This document shows, one piece after another, positions 40,059 through 48,694 of a stretch of DNA of 64,000 bases; the first letter of the stretch is position 1; each line of letters starts with the position of its first letter. The notes beneath the pieces were generated by a model that worked only from the letters and a program-made list of their open reading frames with translations, searched no databases and was not told the DNA's origin. The DNA is from an uncultured Micrococcales bacterium (lineage in GTDB: Bacteria; Actinomycetota; Actinomycetes; Actinomycetales; Microbacteriaceae): positions 8,593-72,592 of the forward strand of contig CAILJO010000082.1 in NCBI GenBank assembly GCA_903834635.1. The letters run 5' to 3'. Made by a program: the position numbers and the translations under genes.

Positions 40059-40920
40059 GGTCTTCCACCAACTCAGGGTGAACCTTTGACAGCGTCCAAA
40101 CGCCGATCACAGCAACGATTGCAGAACTAATAAAAATCAGCAGAGTTATCGGATTTGCTTGTTGAGCTTCACCCAAAATTACGATTCCCAGACAAACGGC
40201 AACCATTGGGTCAACCACGGTTAGGCCCGCAATCACAAGATCGGGTGGTCCTGATGCATAGGCGTTCTGAACGAACCAACCGCCTAGTAAAACTGCGCAG
40301 GCCGTGATGACGGCACAAACCAAGGTAAGCAAAGAGAAATCGCCCTGAATGATTCTTTGGACCACAGCTTTTATGAGCGAGGCGACAAATCCGTAGAGCA
40401 CGCCGGCACCCAAGATGAAGCTGATCGCTTTGGCTTTTTTGCCTATGGTGAAGAACAAAACCGAGAAAACCGCGACAATCACCGAAAGCACGATGAGAAT
40501 CTGCCAAAGATTTGAGTCGTCAAGTTTGACCTCAGCTGCCACGGAGCTGGCCACACTTACAAAAGCAGCAATACCGAACGTGCACAGGGAGATTGCAATC
40601 CAAGTTGCACGGTTTATCGAAGTCTTGGTCGCTCTGGCGTTCAAGAGCGAGGTGATCACCAACGCGATTCCACCGAGCGGCTGCACAACGATAAGTGGCG
40701 CAAGGGTCAACGCACTTATTTGCAGAACGGCACCACCAGCAAGAAGAGACATTCCGGTTAGCCAACGGGGCTTGGCAAACAGACTTAGAACCTGACGCAA
40801 TCCAACCTTGGTCTTGTCTTCGTCGGTTTTCTTTACAACGGAATCATTTTGAAACTGTGCGCCGAAAGCAAGAGCGACAGCCGCCAGCAATGACAAGCAA
40901 ATGGCTAGCGCGCGCAACAT
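40051..40920 (-). CDS. Polytopic membrane protein (DMT-superfamily-like, about 9-10 TM)
   Basis: 289 aa and almost entirely hydrophobic helices. The family assignment is tentative. Confidence 0.5.
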   Translation of the reverse strand: MLRALAICLSLLAAVALAFGAQFQNDSVVKKTDEDKTKVGLRQVLSLFAKPRWLTGMSLLAGGAVLQISALTLAPLIVVQPLGGIALVITSLLNARATKTSINRATWIAISLCTFGIAAFVSVASSVAAEVKLDDSNLWQILIVLSVIVAVFSVLFFTIGKKAKAISFILGAGVLYGFVASLIKAVVQRIIQGDFSLLTLVCAVITACAVLLGGWFVQNAYASGPPDLVIAGLTVVDPMVAVCLGIVILGEAQQANPITLLIFISSAIVAVIGVWTLSKVHPELVEDHG

Positions 40921-41000
40921 TCGAGGTCCTGAATGGTCAACATTAGGTCTCTAGCCTACCGAACGGGTGTCATTTGGGCCTGAACCTGTAAATTTGTTTC

Positions 41001-41567
41001 ATGCCTATAAGACCAATCACCATCACCGGAGAACCTGTACTTCACCACCCAGCCGAAGAGGTGACCGTATTTGATGATGAGCTTCGTCAGCTTGTAGCCG
41101 ACATGTTCGAAACGATGGACGAGGCGCCAGGTGTTGGCCTTGCAGCAACTCAAGTTGGAGTCGGCAAGCGAGTATTTGTCTATGACTATCCCGATGACGA
41201 CGATAACGAGCGTCGAGGTGTAATCATCAACCCTGTTTTAGAAATTGGCCCCATAGAAGAGGGTGAAGCAGACTGGGACACTGAGCTTGAAGGATGCCTT
41301 TCGGTGCCTGGCGAGCGTTTTCCGATTAAGCGTGCAGACTGGGCAAAAGTCTCTGGCGTGGACCTAGATAAGAACCCTATTTCGATAGAGGCAACCGGTT
41401 GGTTTGCAAGGATTTTTCAGCACGAATTTGATCACCTCGAAGGCAAGCTCTATGTCAACAAACTGGCTGAACCTCACTTCACAGCGGCAAAGTCGGTTAT
41501 CGCGGAACGAGGTTGGGGTGTTCCAAACAAGACTTGGTTGCCTGGAGTAGACAATCTGGAAGACTGA
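41001..41567 (+). CDS. def: Peptide deformylase
   Basis: 188 aa with all three signature motifs: GVGLAATQVG, EGCLSVPG and QHEFDHLEG. Confidence 0.95.
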   Translation: MPIRPITITGEPVLHHPAEEVTVFDDELRQLVADMFETMDEAPGVGLAATQVGVGKRVFVYDYPDDDDNERRGVIINPVLEIGPIEEGEADWDTELEGCLSVPGERFPIKRADWAKVSGVDLDKNPISIEATGWFARIFQHEFDHLEGKLYVNKLAEPHFTAAKSVIAERGWGVPNKTWLPGVDNLED

Positions 41568-41568
41568 A

Positions 41569-41880
41569 TTACCAGCCCAGAAAATAACGGCAAGCCGCTG
41601 CCACCAGCGCAGCCACAGTGACCATGACTACAAAGGGCACCTTAAGTACATTCAGAATTGCGGCAACTATAACCGCGGGTATTCTCGCATCCGCGTGAAA
41701 CGAGCCTTGGGTCACGAATGATTGAACACCAACCAGTCCAGCCAGCAGCCCGATTGTGAGCATCGACGAAACTTGAAGTAGTTTGGGGTTGTTCAAAACC
41801 TTTGAAGGCACCAAGTGTCCAATGTACTTCCAAGAAAATACGGCAAAGCTGGCCAAGAGAATTGCGCCCCAAAGGTTCAT
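41569..41880 (-). CDS. azlD: Branched-chain amino acid exporter small subunit (AzlD family)
   Basis: 103 aa with 3-4 TM helices. The start overlaps the azlC end (ATGA-type overlap). Confidence 0.75.
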   Translation of the reverse strand: MNLWGAILLASFAVFSWKYIGHLVPSKVLNNPKLLQVSSMLTIGLLAGLVGVQSFVTQGSFHADARIPAVIVAAILNVLKVPFVVMVTVAALVAAACRYFLGW

Positions 41881-42571
41881 ACGTTCACCGGTTTCTTAAG
41901 CGCAAATCCAAACGCCAAACCGACTAGCCCACTCAAGAGCACTGGAACACCAGCTGGCACGAAGGGGCTGGCCACCACGGCTACTACGATGGCTACGGAC
42001 GCCGTGCTGCGCGAGGCAAGATCAACTAATCTTGGCCAAACAAGTCCAACAAACGCCGCGGCGGCGGCAGCATCTAATCCCCACCTTGATGGGTCGCCGA
42101 GTGTTTTCCCTAAGATTGCCCCCAGTAGGGTCAGCAAATTCCAGAAATATAAACGGCAGCACCAGTCCACCAAAAGCCTCTTCGCATTTCATCATCGGTT
42201 TCTCGAGAGAGTGCTACAGCTGTACTTTCATCAATCGTCAGCTCAGCCGCAACTAGCCTTTTCAGACCTCGAGCCTGAATTAACGGCGCCATCCTTATGG
42301 CATAAAAACCATTTCGAACACCGAGCAACCAAGCTGAAGTGATAGCTCCTGGAATCGAAGATAAACCACCACTTGCAATAACTCCGACAAACGCAAACTG
42401 AGATCCGCCGCTAAACATCAAGAGGCTAAGGGCCATGGTTTGCCAAATATCCAAACCGGCTGCGGATGAAAGTGCTCCAAAGGAAATTCCATAAAGGCCA
42501 ACGGCGACGCCTACACCGATGGAGATAGATTTTGTGCTTCCTTGATTATTCACTTCTGATGCCCGCTCCAA
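41877..42571 (-). pseudogene. azlC: AzlC-family branched-chain amino acid exporter, split by a 1-nt frameshift near 42140..42150
   Basis: ORF 42131..42571 ends ...RRGFWWTGAAVYISGIC*. ORF 41877..42173, in another frame, continues ...(LY)FWNLLTLLGAILGKTLGDPSRWGLDAAAAAAFVGLVWPRL. One extra T in the TTT run (plus-strand AAA at 42145..42147) would give the contiguous AzlC sequence ...TGAAVYIFWNLLTLLG... Confidence 0.75.
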
Positions 42572-43217
42572 TGAACCTAAGCTGCAATTGTTCGAGAGTA
42601 GCCAAATGAAGGGCAGTTAAAGCACGTTCAAAACTTTTGCGAACTCGATAGAGAGGTATTTCTAATGTTTGGGAAACCGTTGACCCTTGGTGCCCTTCAA
42701 CCAACATTTTCAGAGTTTTGACTTCGACTTCGACTAAGTTCTCGAGATAAAGACTAAGTGAGACATCATTACTCACAGTTTGGGCGGCGTTCTCCCAAAG
42801 TGAGTGCAGTTCTCCCCGGCTGTGAAGCACTGAACGTGAGTTAATCTTTCGAATCTGTTCAAGTAAATAGTGTGGGCCTAAGTCTTGCGAAACAAATCCG
42901 CTTGCTCCGGCTTTGAAAGCCGATAACTCCAACTCAGGAGTCGAAAAAACACTTGTAACAAGAATTCGAGTGTTGTTTGCGTTAGCGATCTTGATTTCCG
43001 TTAGAACTTCGGTCAGTTCGATACCTGTTGTTCCTCTTAACCTTTGCTCGACCAGAAGAACATCGAGCAGGTAATCGTCAAACTTGTCGATAACTCTGGC
43101 AACAGAGTCTTCTTCGAATACGACAGACATGTCCAATGCGGCATCTAGGACCATGCGCCTGCCTAAACGAATGCTGGAATCGGCGTCAACGAGGCCAACA
43201 CGTATGCCGGTCGCCAT
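42546..43217 (-). CDS. NarL/LuxR-type response regulator homologue with a non-canonical receiver (Asp->Glu, Lys->Gln)
   Basis: 223 aa. The receiver fold aligns by eye to NarL-type regulators: VGLVDAD, then LDVLLVEQRLRG where D-x-x-L-M-D is expected (Glu57, codon 43049..43047), ILVTS, and GASGFVSQ where ...K is expected (Gln111). Divergent GerE-like C-terminus. Confidence 0.7.
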   Translation of the reverse strand: MATGIRVGLVDADSSIRLGRRMVLDAALDMSVVFEEDSVARVIDKFDDYLLDVLLVEQRLRGTTGIELTEVLTEIKIANANNTRILVTSVFSTPELELSAFKAGASGFVSQDLGPHYLLEQIRKINSRSVLHSRGELHSLWENAAQTVSNDVSLSLYLENLVEVEVKTLKMLVEGHQGSTVSQTLEIPLYRVRKSFERALTALHLATLEQLQLRFIGAGIRSE

Positions 43218-43218
43218 A

Positions 43219-44493
43219 TCAGATTCCCGCGACAGCCTTTAGGTGCGGAAAAAGCGCTGACAAAGTGAATCCCACTCCGGCGACATGATTTGCCTCGATG
43301 CTTCCCTCGTAAAGTGCTACACGCTCACGCAAAACCCTGAGCGTCGCTCCATCAACAACGCGGACCAGCGCATCTAGGTCATCGGCGACGGAATAACCCA
43401 TAAGAGCCGTGGTCGAATCACCATTTCTAACCTTGGTTTCGACGCCGTTATCTTTGATGAGTACCTGTAATCCCTCATTAGTCCAGTAGAAATCAACAGT
43501 CACAGATGTTCCGAGAACGGTGTTCTTTTTAACGTTCTCGAGCGCTTCAAAGACTATTTTGAAAAGGCACAATTCGGCACCTTCATCCAAATCAAAGGGA
43601 ACCCCATCTGTTGTCATGGCAGCGTTGTAACCAAGTTCGCGCATAGCAATCACAATCGGTTCAATGTCTGCTATTCGAGGCGGCGCAGATGTCATTTTGT
43701 GGTCTTGGTGAAGCATGTCGTAAAGTCGGCGAAGTTCTTGCTGGCTAGCCATGGCAGAACTTTCGATTTTATCTAGCGCGCGCAATGCAGAGGCAGTATC
43801 GATTTTTGCCGTGTAGTTTGCGCCTTGCACGAGTGACACCACGGCCGAAATTCGCTGAACCAGCAAATCGGTCAGGTCTCGAGCTATACCTAATCTCTCC
43901 GTCTGGCGCGCAACCTCAATCGATAGCCGTGCTTGATCATGCAGCAATTTGGCGCGATCGGATGTGGTTCCAACGTGAGTGAGTCTAGTTATTAGCAACC
44001 GGCCAAAAATCCAGGCGAGAGTGTTGAGCGCAACATCTAGAACAGCGCCACCCGAAAAAAGTATCCATCTAGCAGATTCGTTAGAAATAACGAGACCACC
44101 AACGGAACGTAGATCGTTCTGAAAAACCACGAGCCAAACGATCGAAAAACCAGCAACATTCGACACAATGACTGTTACCTGGCGCCAGATTAGTGTTCCA
44201 AAAGCCGCCTGCAGAAGAACAGTTAAGAGTCCAGCAAAACTTGATAGCAACAGGTCTAAACCAAATGAGATTTGCATCGTGGCTGCCATCAGCAGCGCAA
44301 CTGGCGCCAGATACAAAAAGCGCCTAATGAAGAGGATAGAAACGCAGCTTAACAAAGCCGGAACGAGGGCAAGCGCCCCGCTAGAAGCAAAGTCGACGCC
44401 GCCGAGAATCGCAAAAAGTGAAAGTGAAAGGAGTATTTCAGGGAGCCATGAATGCTCTCGGACCCACCTAATCATGTGGCTCCTCTCGAACAT
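43219..44493 (-). CDS. HisKA_3-type sensor kinase homologue lacking the H-box histidine (pseudokinase candidate)
   Basis: 424 aa with about 5 N-terminal TM helices. The H-box reads ERLGIARDLTDLLVQRIS versus the family pattern ER.RIARELHD.VAH.LS (Thr208, codon 43872..43870). N-box FEALENVKKN is retained. G1 is DNGVE and the G2 region is DGATLRVLRERVALYEGSIEA, both degenerate. Confidence 0.7.
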   Translation of the reverse strand: MFERSHMIRWVREHSWLPEILLSLSLFAILGGVDFASSGALALVPALLSCVSILFIRRFLYLAPVALLMAATMQISFGLDLLLSSFAGLLTVLLQAAFGTLIWRQVTVIVSNVAGFSIVWLVVFQNDLRSVGGLVISNESARWILFSGGAVLDVALNTLAWIFGRLLITRLTHVGTTSDRAKLLHDQARLSIEVARQTERLGIARDLTDLLVQRISAVVSLVQGANYTAKIDTASALRALDKIESSAMASQQELRRLYDMLHQDHKMTSAPPRIADIEPIVIAMRELGYNAAMTTDGVPFDLDEGAELCLFKIVFEALENVKKNTVLGTSVTVDFYWTNEGLQVLIKDNGVETKVRNGDSTTALMGYSVADDLDALVRVVDGATLRVLRERVALYEGSIEANHVAGVGFTLSALFPHLKAVAGI

Positions 44494-44514
44494 TCGTTAG
44501 TGTCTAGAAAAGAG

Positions 44515-44590
44515 TGGCTCCCCGGCTTGGACTCGAACCAAGAACCTATCGGTTAACAGCCGATTGCTCTGCCAATTGAGCTACCGAGGA
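44515..44590 (-). tRNA. tRNA-Asn (anticodon GTT)
   Basis: TCCTCGGTAGCTCAATTGGCAGAGCAATCGGCTGTTAACCGATAGGTTCTTGGTTCGAGTCCAAGCCGGGGAGCCA. Anticodon loop CTGTTAA. CCA is encoded. Confidence 0.95.
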
Positions 44591-44645
44591 ATGAATAACG
44601 GCTCTAACAATAGCAAAAAAATAGCTCCAAGAGAAACCGAACTGC

Positions 44646-45554
44646 TCAATAACCAAGTTTTGAATCAACTAACCCAACCCAGTTGCCTCCGCTTGCGAAA
44701 ACCTTAGTGTTTTCAGCAATCCGAAGCGCTAGCAGCCGTGTGACCTGAGCTGGCGTATCGGCAGTGTGAGGGGTGATCAGGCAAAGATCGTTGCTCCAAA
44801 GCGGGTGACCCGCTGGCAGCGGTTCTGGGTCTGTTACGTCAAGGGCTGCCCCGGCTATTACTCCATTTTCGAGTGCTTTCTGCAAATCATCGGTGACCAC
44901 ATGTGCTCCCCTAGCGATATTTACCAAATACGCAGACGGCTTCATTTTGGCTAAACGACTCGAGTCAATAAGTCCACGAGTCTGATCTGTAAGGGCAGCT
45001 GCTAAAACCAAAAAATCGGCCTTACCCAGCCATTCATCTAGTTGGTCGAAGGGCAACGTTCTAGTTGCACCATCCAGCGGTTTTCCCGATCGACTTATGA
45101 CCGTGATTTCGGTGTGAAAAGGTGAAAGGAGCTTAAGAAGCTCAGATGTTATGCCACCGCCACCGACCAAAACTATGTGCGACTCATATAGCGACACCGC
45201 AAACTTTTCACCCCATGCTGAGGCCTTGGCTCGTTCAGGTAGTTTTCTGCCCAGGGCCAAACAAAGTGCCAGAGCGTGCTCTGCCACCGGCTCACGGTAA
45301 GCCCCCTTTGCCGAGGTGAAATTTATCGGGCGATTTATCAATTCAGCAAAAGCGTCAACACCGGCAAACGGAAGTTGAACCCATTCGAGTTGGGGATTCT
45401 CATCAAGAGTTTTAGCGAGCAAAGCCGGTTGCCAATAATCCGTCCAAACCAAACCCCGAACGTCGGGCTGTAAATCGGCAACAATAGCTCCTGCTGAACG
45501 AATTGCATCAGCGAAAACTTCGGGCCTTGTGGGCTCTAGCGCGACCTTTATCAA
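44646..45554 (-). CDS. D-isomer-specific 2-hydroxyacid dehydrogenase family protein
   Basis: 302 aa. NAD fold VLVGGGGITSELL, catalytic-region NIARGAHV, DVTDPEPLP and TPHTA. TTG start overlapping the dnaG stop. Confidence 0.8.
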   Translation of the reverse strand: MIKVALEPTRPEVFADAIRSAGAIVADLQPDVRGLVWTDYWQPALLAKTLDENPQLEWVQLPFAGVDAFAELINRPINFTSAKGAYREPVAEHALALCLALGRKLPERAKASAWGEKFAVSLYESHIVLVGGGGITSELLKLLSPFHTEITVISRSGKPLDGATRTLPFDQLDEWLGKADFLVLAAALTDQTRGLIDSSRLAKMKPSAYLVNIARGAHVVTDDLQKALENGVIAGAALDVTDPEPLPAGHPLWSNDLCLITPHTADTPAQVTRLLALRIAENTKVFASGGNWVGLVDSKLGY

Positions 45555-47416
45555 CGACGACTCCGAAGAGCGTGGAGTTCAGTGGTTAAGGCCATGAGTT
45601 TTCGATCGACCTCTGCGATTGCCGCTTCATCCATGACCGCTTCAGCCTGCCTGCGCTGCCCTCGGAGAGCATTCTTTTCATAGTCGATGGTTCGCTCAAG
45701 CCCCTTGTTGATAATCCCCTGCCCAACCCTCAACCTGGCGGTGGCATCGGCCGCCTGCAGTGGCATCATGGCGAGTTCACGAAGAGTTGACTGTTGGGCC
45801 TCGTCTAGCTTCGCTAGGCATCTCTCCAATAAATTCTCGTCTGAGCCCGAAGAACGCTCGGAATAAATGACCCTGGCTAGGGCTAGGTGAAGCGGTGATG
45901 AAAAGTTAGCTTTAGCTATTCTTGCGAAAAGCTCTAGCGAACATGCCTCAGGAAGTTGAATCATGACCATTAGCAAGTTGCGCTCAAACTGGATCACTGG
46001 GTCATTCAAGTTGAGAGGGGGTGGTGCATCCTCAGCCTGCGCAGTGGGAGTAGCGGCGTCAGTTCGCAGGTTGCTCACCGCCGTCCTTCGGATTGATTTT
46101 CCGTGTTCAGCAACAAGTTGACCAACACTTGAACGATCGAGCGAGGTTGCGTCAGCTACGTATTTTTCATAAACACCACGCATCACGGCATCGTCTATTT
46201 GGGCAACTAGAGTAGCCGCGGCTCGCGCTGCCCCAACCTGACCCTCTCGAGACTGGAGGTCAAATTTGCTCATACTTCTTGAAATGGCGAACTCCAAGAG
46301 CGGCTTCTTGTTTGCAATCATGTCTAAAACCGCCTGATCGCCTTGCTTAGTTCTCAGATCACTCGGGTCAAGACCATCTGGCCCAATCGCCATAAAAGTT
46401 TGAGCGTTGAATTTGGATGCGTCGTTAAATGCGCGCATCGCCGCCTTTTGACCGGCCTCGTCAGGGTCGAAGTTGAAAATTACCTGTGCCGGATTAGTTG
46501 CATCACTCGAAAGTATTCGGTTAAGGATTCGAATGTGCTCGTCACCAAAGGCAGTGCCGCAGGTAGCAACTGCGGTTGTCACCCCTGCGAGGTGGCATGC
46601 CATTACGTCCGTGTAACCCTCGACAACGACTACCTGCTGGGCCTTTGCAATCTCTCGCTTTGCGAGATCGATTCCGTAAAGAACTTGGCTCTTGTGATAC
46701 ACCGGTGTTTCAGAAGTGTTTAGGTACTTGGGCCCGGTGTCGTCATCGAAGATCTTTCTCGCTCCGAAACCGATGACTGCGTTCGATTGGTCACGAATTG
46801 GCCAGATTACTCTGCCTCGGAATTTGTCATAAAGTCCGCGCTCACCTTTAGTTGAAAGTGCCGCTGCAACTAATTCGTCATCACTAAAACCCAGAGATTT
46901 AAGGTGTTCAGTTAGAGAGGTCCAACCTTTAGGTGCCCAACCAATAGAGAACTTTTTGCAAGACTCAAGATCAAAACCACGCGCCTCAAGAAGTGCACGG
47001 CCAGGCTTTGCGTCGTCGGTTTCATAGTTCTTTTCATAAAAGTCAGCGGCAGCTCGGTTGGCCTCAAGAATTCTGGCTCTTTGGTTGCTCTCTTCGTTGC
47101 TTGGTCCGCCGTCTTCATAAGTGAGTTGCAAACCCAGCTTTGCAGCGAGTTTCTCGACAGTTTCGCGAAAAGAAAGTGAATCGAGTTTCTGAACAAAATC
47201 AAAGACGTTACCGCCTTCTTTGCAACCAAAGCAGTGAAAAAAGCCTTTGCCCGGAGAAACCGTGAAGGAAGGTGATTTTTCGTCGTGGAACGGGCAAAGC
47301 CCCTTCAATTCGCCACCGCCAGCCGAACGCAGTGGCACATACTCGTTGATCACATCGGCGATGTTTGTGCGTTGACGCACCTCTTCGATGTCTTTTTGAG
47401 AAATTCTGCCGGCCAT
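45551..47416 (-). CDS. dnaG: DNA primase
   Basis: 621 aa. Zinc finger CPFHDEKSPSFTVSPGKGFFHCFGC and TOPRIM VVVEGYTDV. Confidence 0.95.
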   Translation of the reverse strand: MAGRISQKDIEEVRQRTNIADVINEYVPLRSAGGGELKGLCPFHDEKSPSFTVSPGKGFFHCFGCKEGGNVFDFVQKLDSLSFRETVEKLAAKLGLQLTYEDGGPSNEESNQRARILEANRAAADFYEKNYETDDAKPGRALLEARGFDLESCKKFSIGWAPKGWTSLTEHLKSLGFSDDELVAAALSTKGERGLYDKFRGRVIWPIRDQSNAVIGFGARKIFDDDTGPKYLNTSETPVYHKSQVLYGIDLAKREIAKAQQVVVVEGYTDVMACHLAGVTTAVATCGTAFGDEHIRILNRILSSDATNPAQVIFNFDPDEAGQKAAMRAFNDASKFNAQTFMAIGPDGLDPSDLRTKQGDQAVLDMIANKKPLLEFAISRSMSKFDLQSREGQVGAARAAATLVAQIDDAVMRGVYEKYVADATSLDRSSVGQLVAEHGKSIRRTAVSNLRTDAATPTAQAEDAPPPLNLNDPVIQFERNLLMVMIQLPEACSLELFARIAKANFSSPLHLALARVIYSERSSGSDENLLERCLAKLDEAQQSTLRELAMMPLQAADATARLRVGQGIINKGLERTIDYEKNALRGQRRQAEAVMDEAAIAEVDRKLMALTTELHALRSRR

Positions 47417-47425
47417 GACTAAATC

Positions 47426-48694
47426 CTAGAGTCCGCGAGTGACAAGTTTGTCGTGCAGAGCAAGCGCACCTTGGTCTGTTAGCAGTGCGATTTGATCGAG
47501 AATTACCCTGTGCTTCTGCTCGTCGTTTGAAGCCTTAACCCAGGCATACGAGCATTGTGGGTCTAACCATTGACCGTTCTTCGCCAACAGAGCATCAGCG
47601 AGCTCTGTCAGTAAAACACGTTGCCATTCGTAAAATGGGCGACGTGACTCGTGCGACATCAAGAAGGCCGACACTAGACCTTTAAGCACCGCGATTTCTG
47701 CTGATACTTCTTCAGGAACCACCAAGTTTGATGCATACCGAGTTAATAGTTGAGAGCCAGCCAAAGCCAGAGTGACGTCGGTGGCACGACCAACAAACGA
47801 TCCGATCAGAGAACTCGTTAAGTTCTTGAGGCGGCCATGGGAAATTTCGCTGCTATCAAAAGTCGAAGGCCAATAGGCATTCGACTGAAGCCTAGACAGA
47901 GCCGAATCTAGGTTCTCAAGTTCTATTTCATCGCCGGCCCAGTGTTTGATTAGTTGCAAAAGCGCCGGGCGGTTCGCAGAAATGGCTATTTCTTCAAGCT
48001 TGATAAATCCAGACACAACGGCATCTTCAAAGTCGTGTACCGAATAGGCAACATCGTCAGAGAAGTCCATTACCTGTGCCTCTATGCATTTTTGGCGATC
48101 CGGTGCGCCAACCCTGAGCCAAGCAAACACTTCTAGGTCATCAGAATAGACACCAAATTTGGCAGAGCGACCACCACCGCTCTCAATAACAGCGTCGAGA
48201 AGTGTCCAGGGGTATTTGCAGGCTGCATCGAGGGACGCCCGAGTGAGGTTGAGCCCGACAGAACGACCTGTATCGCTGAAAACCTTGGGTTCTAACCTGG
48301 TTAGCAGCCGAAGTGTTTGAGCATTTCCCTCGAAGCCGCCAAAGTCTTTTGCCCAGTCACTTAGAGCCTTTTCGCCATTATGCCCAAATGGCGGGTGACC
48401 TAAATCGTGAGCCAAGCAGGCCATGTCTACAACATCGGGGCTCAAACCCAAATCAACGGCCATTTCACGACCAATTTGCGCAACTTCGAGTGAGTGTGTC
48501 AAACGTGTGCGCGCAAAATCTCCACTGGCTGGCTCAAGCACTTGAGTCTTGGCACCTAGTCTGCGAAGAGCCGATGAGTGAAGCACTCTGGCACGATCGC
48601 GAGCGAACTCTGAACGCCGTTCGACTCCAGATCGCTTTTCTTCTAGGAAGCGCTCTGAATCGGAATCTGAGTAACCGTGAACGGAGAGTGTCAT
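47426..48694 (-). CDS. dgt: dGTP triphosphohydrolase-like HD-domain protein
   Basis: 422 aa. HSLEVAQIGR ... AHDLGHPPFGH HD motifs. Confidence 0.9.
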   Translation of the reverse strand: MTLSVHGYSDSDSERFLEEKRSGVERRSEFARDRARVLHSSALRRLGAKTQVLEPASGDFARTRLTHSLEVAQIGREMAVDLGLSPDVVDMACLAHDLGHPPFGHNGEKALSDWAKDFGGFEGNAQTLRLLTRLEPKVFSDTGRSVGLNLTRASLDAACKYPWTLLDAVIESGGGRSAKFGVYSDDLEVFAWLRVGAPDRQKCIEAQVMDFSDDVAYSVHDFEDAVVSGFIKLEEIAISANRPALLQLIKHWAGDEIELENLDSALSRLQSNAYWPSTFDSSEISHGRLKNLTSSLIGSFVGRATDVTLALAGSQLLTRYASNLVVPEEVSAEIAVLKGLVSAFLMSHESRRPFYEWQRVLLTELADALLAKNGQWLDPQCSYAWVKASNDEQKHRVILDQIALLTDQGALALHDKLVTRGL

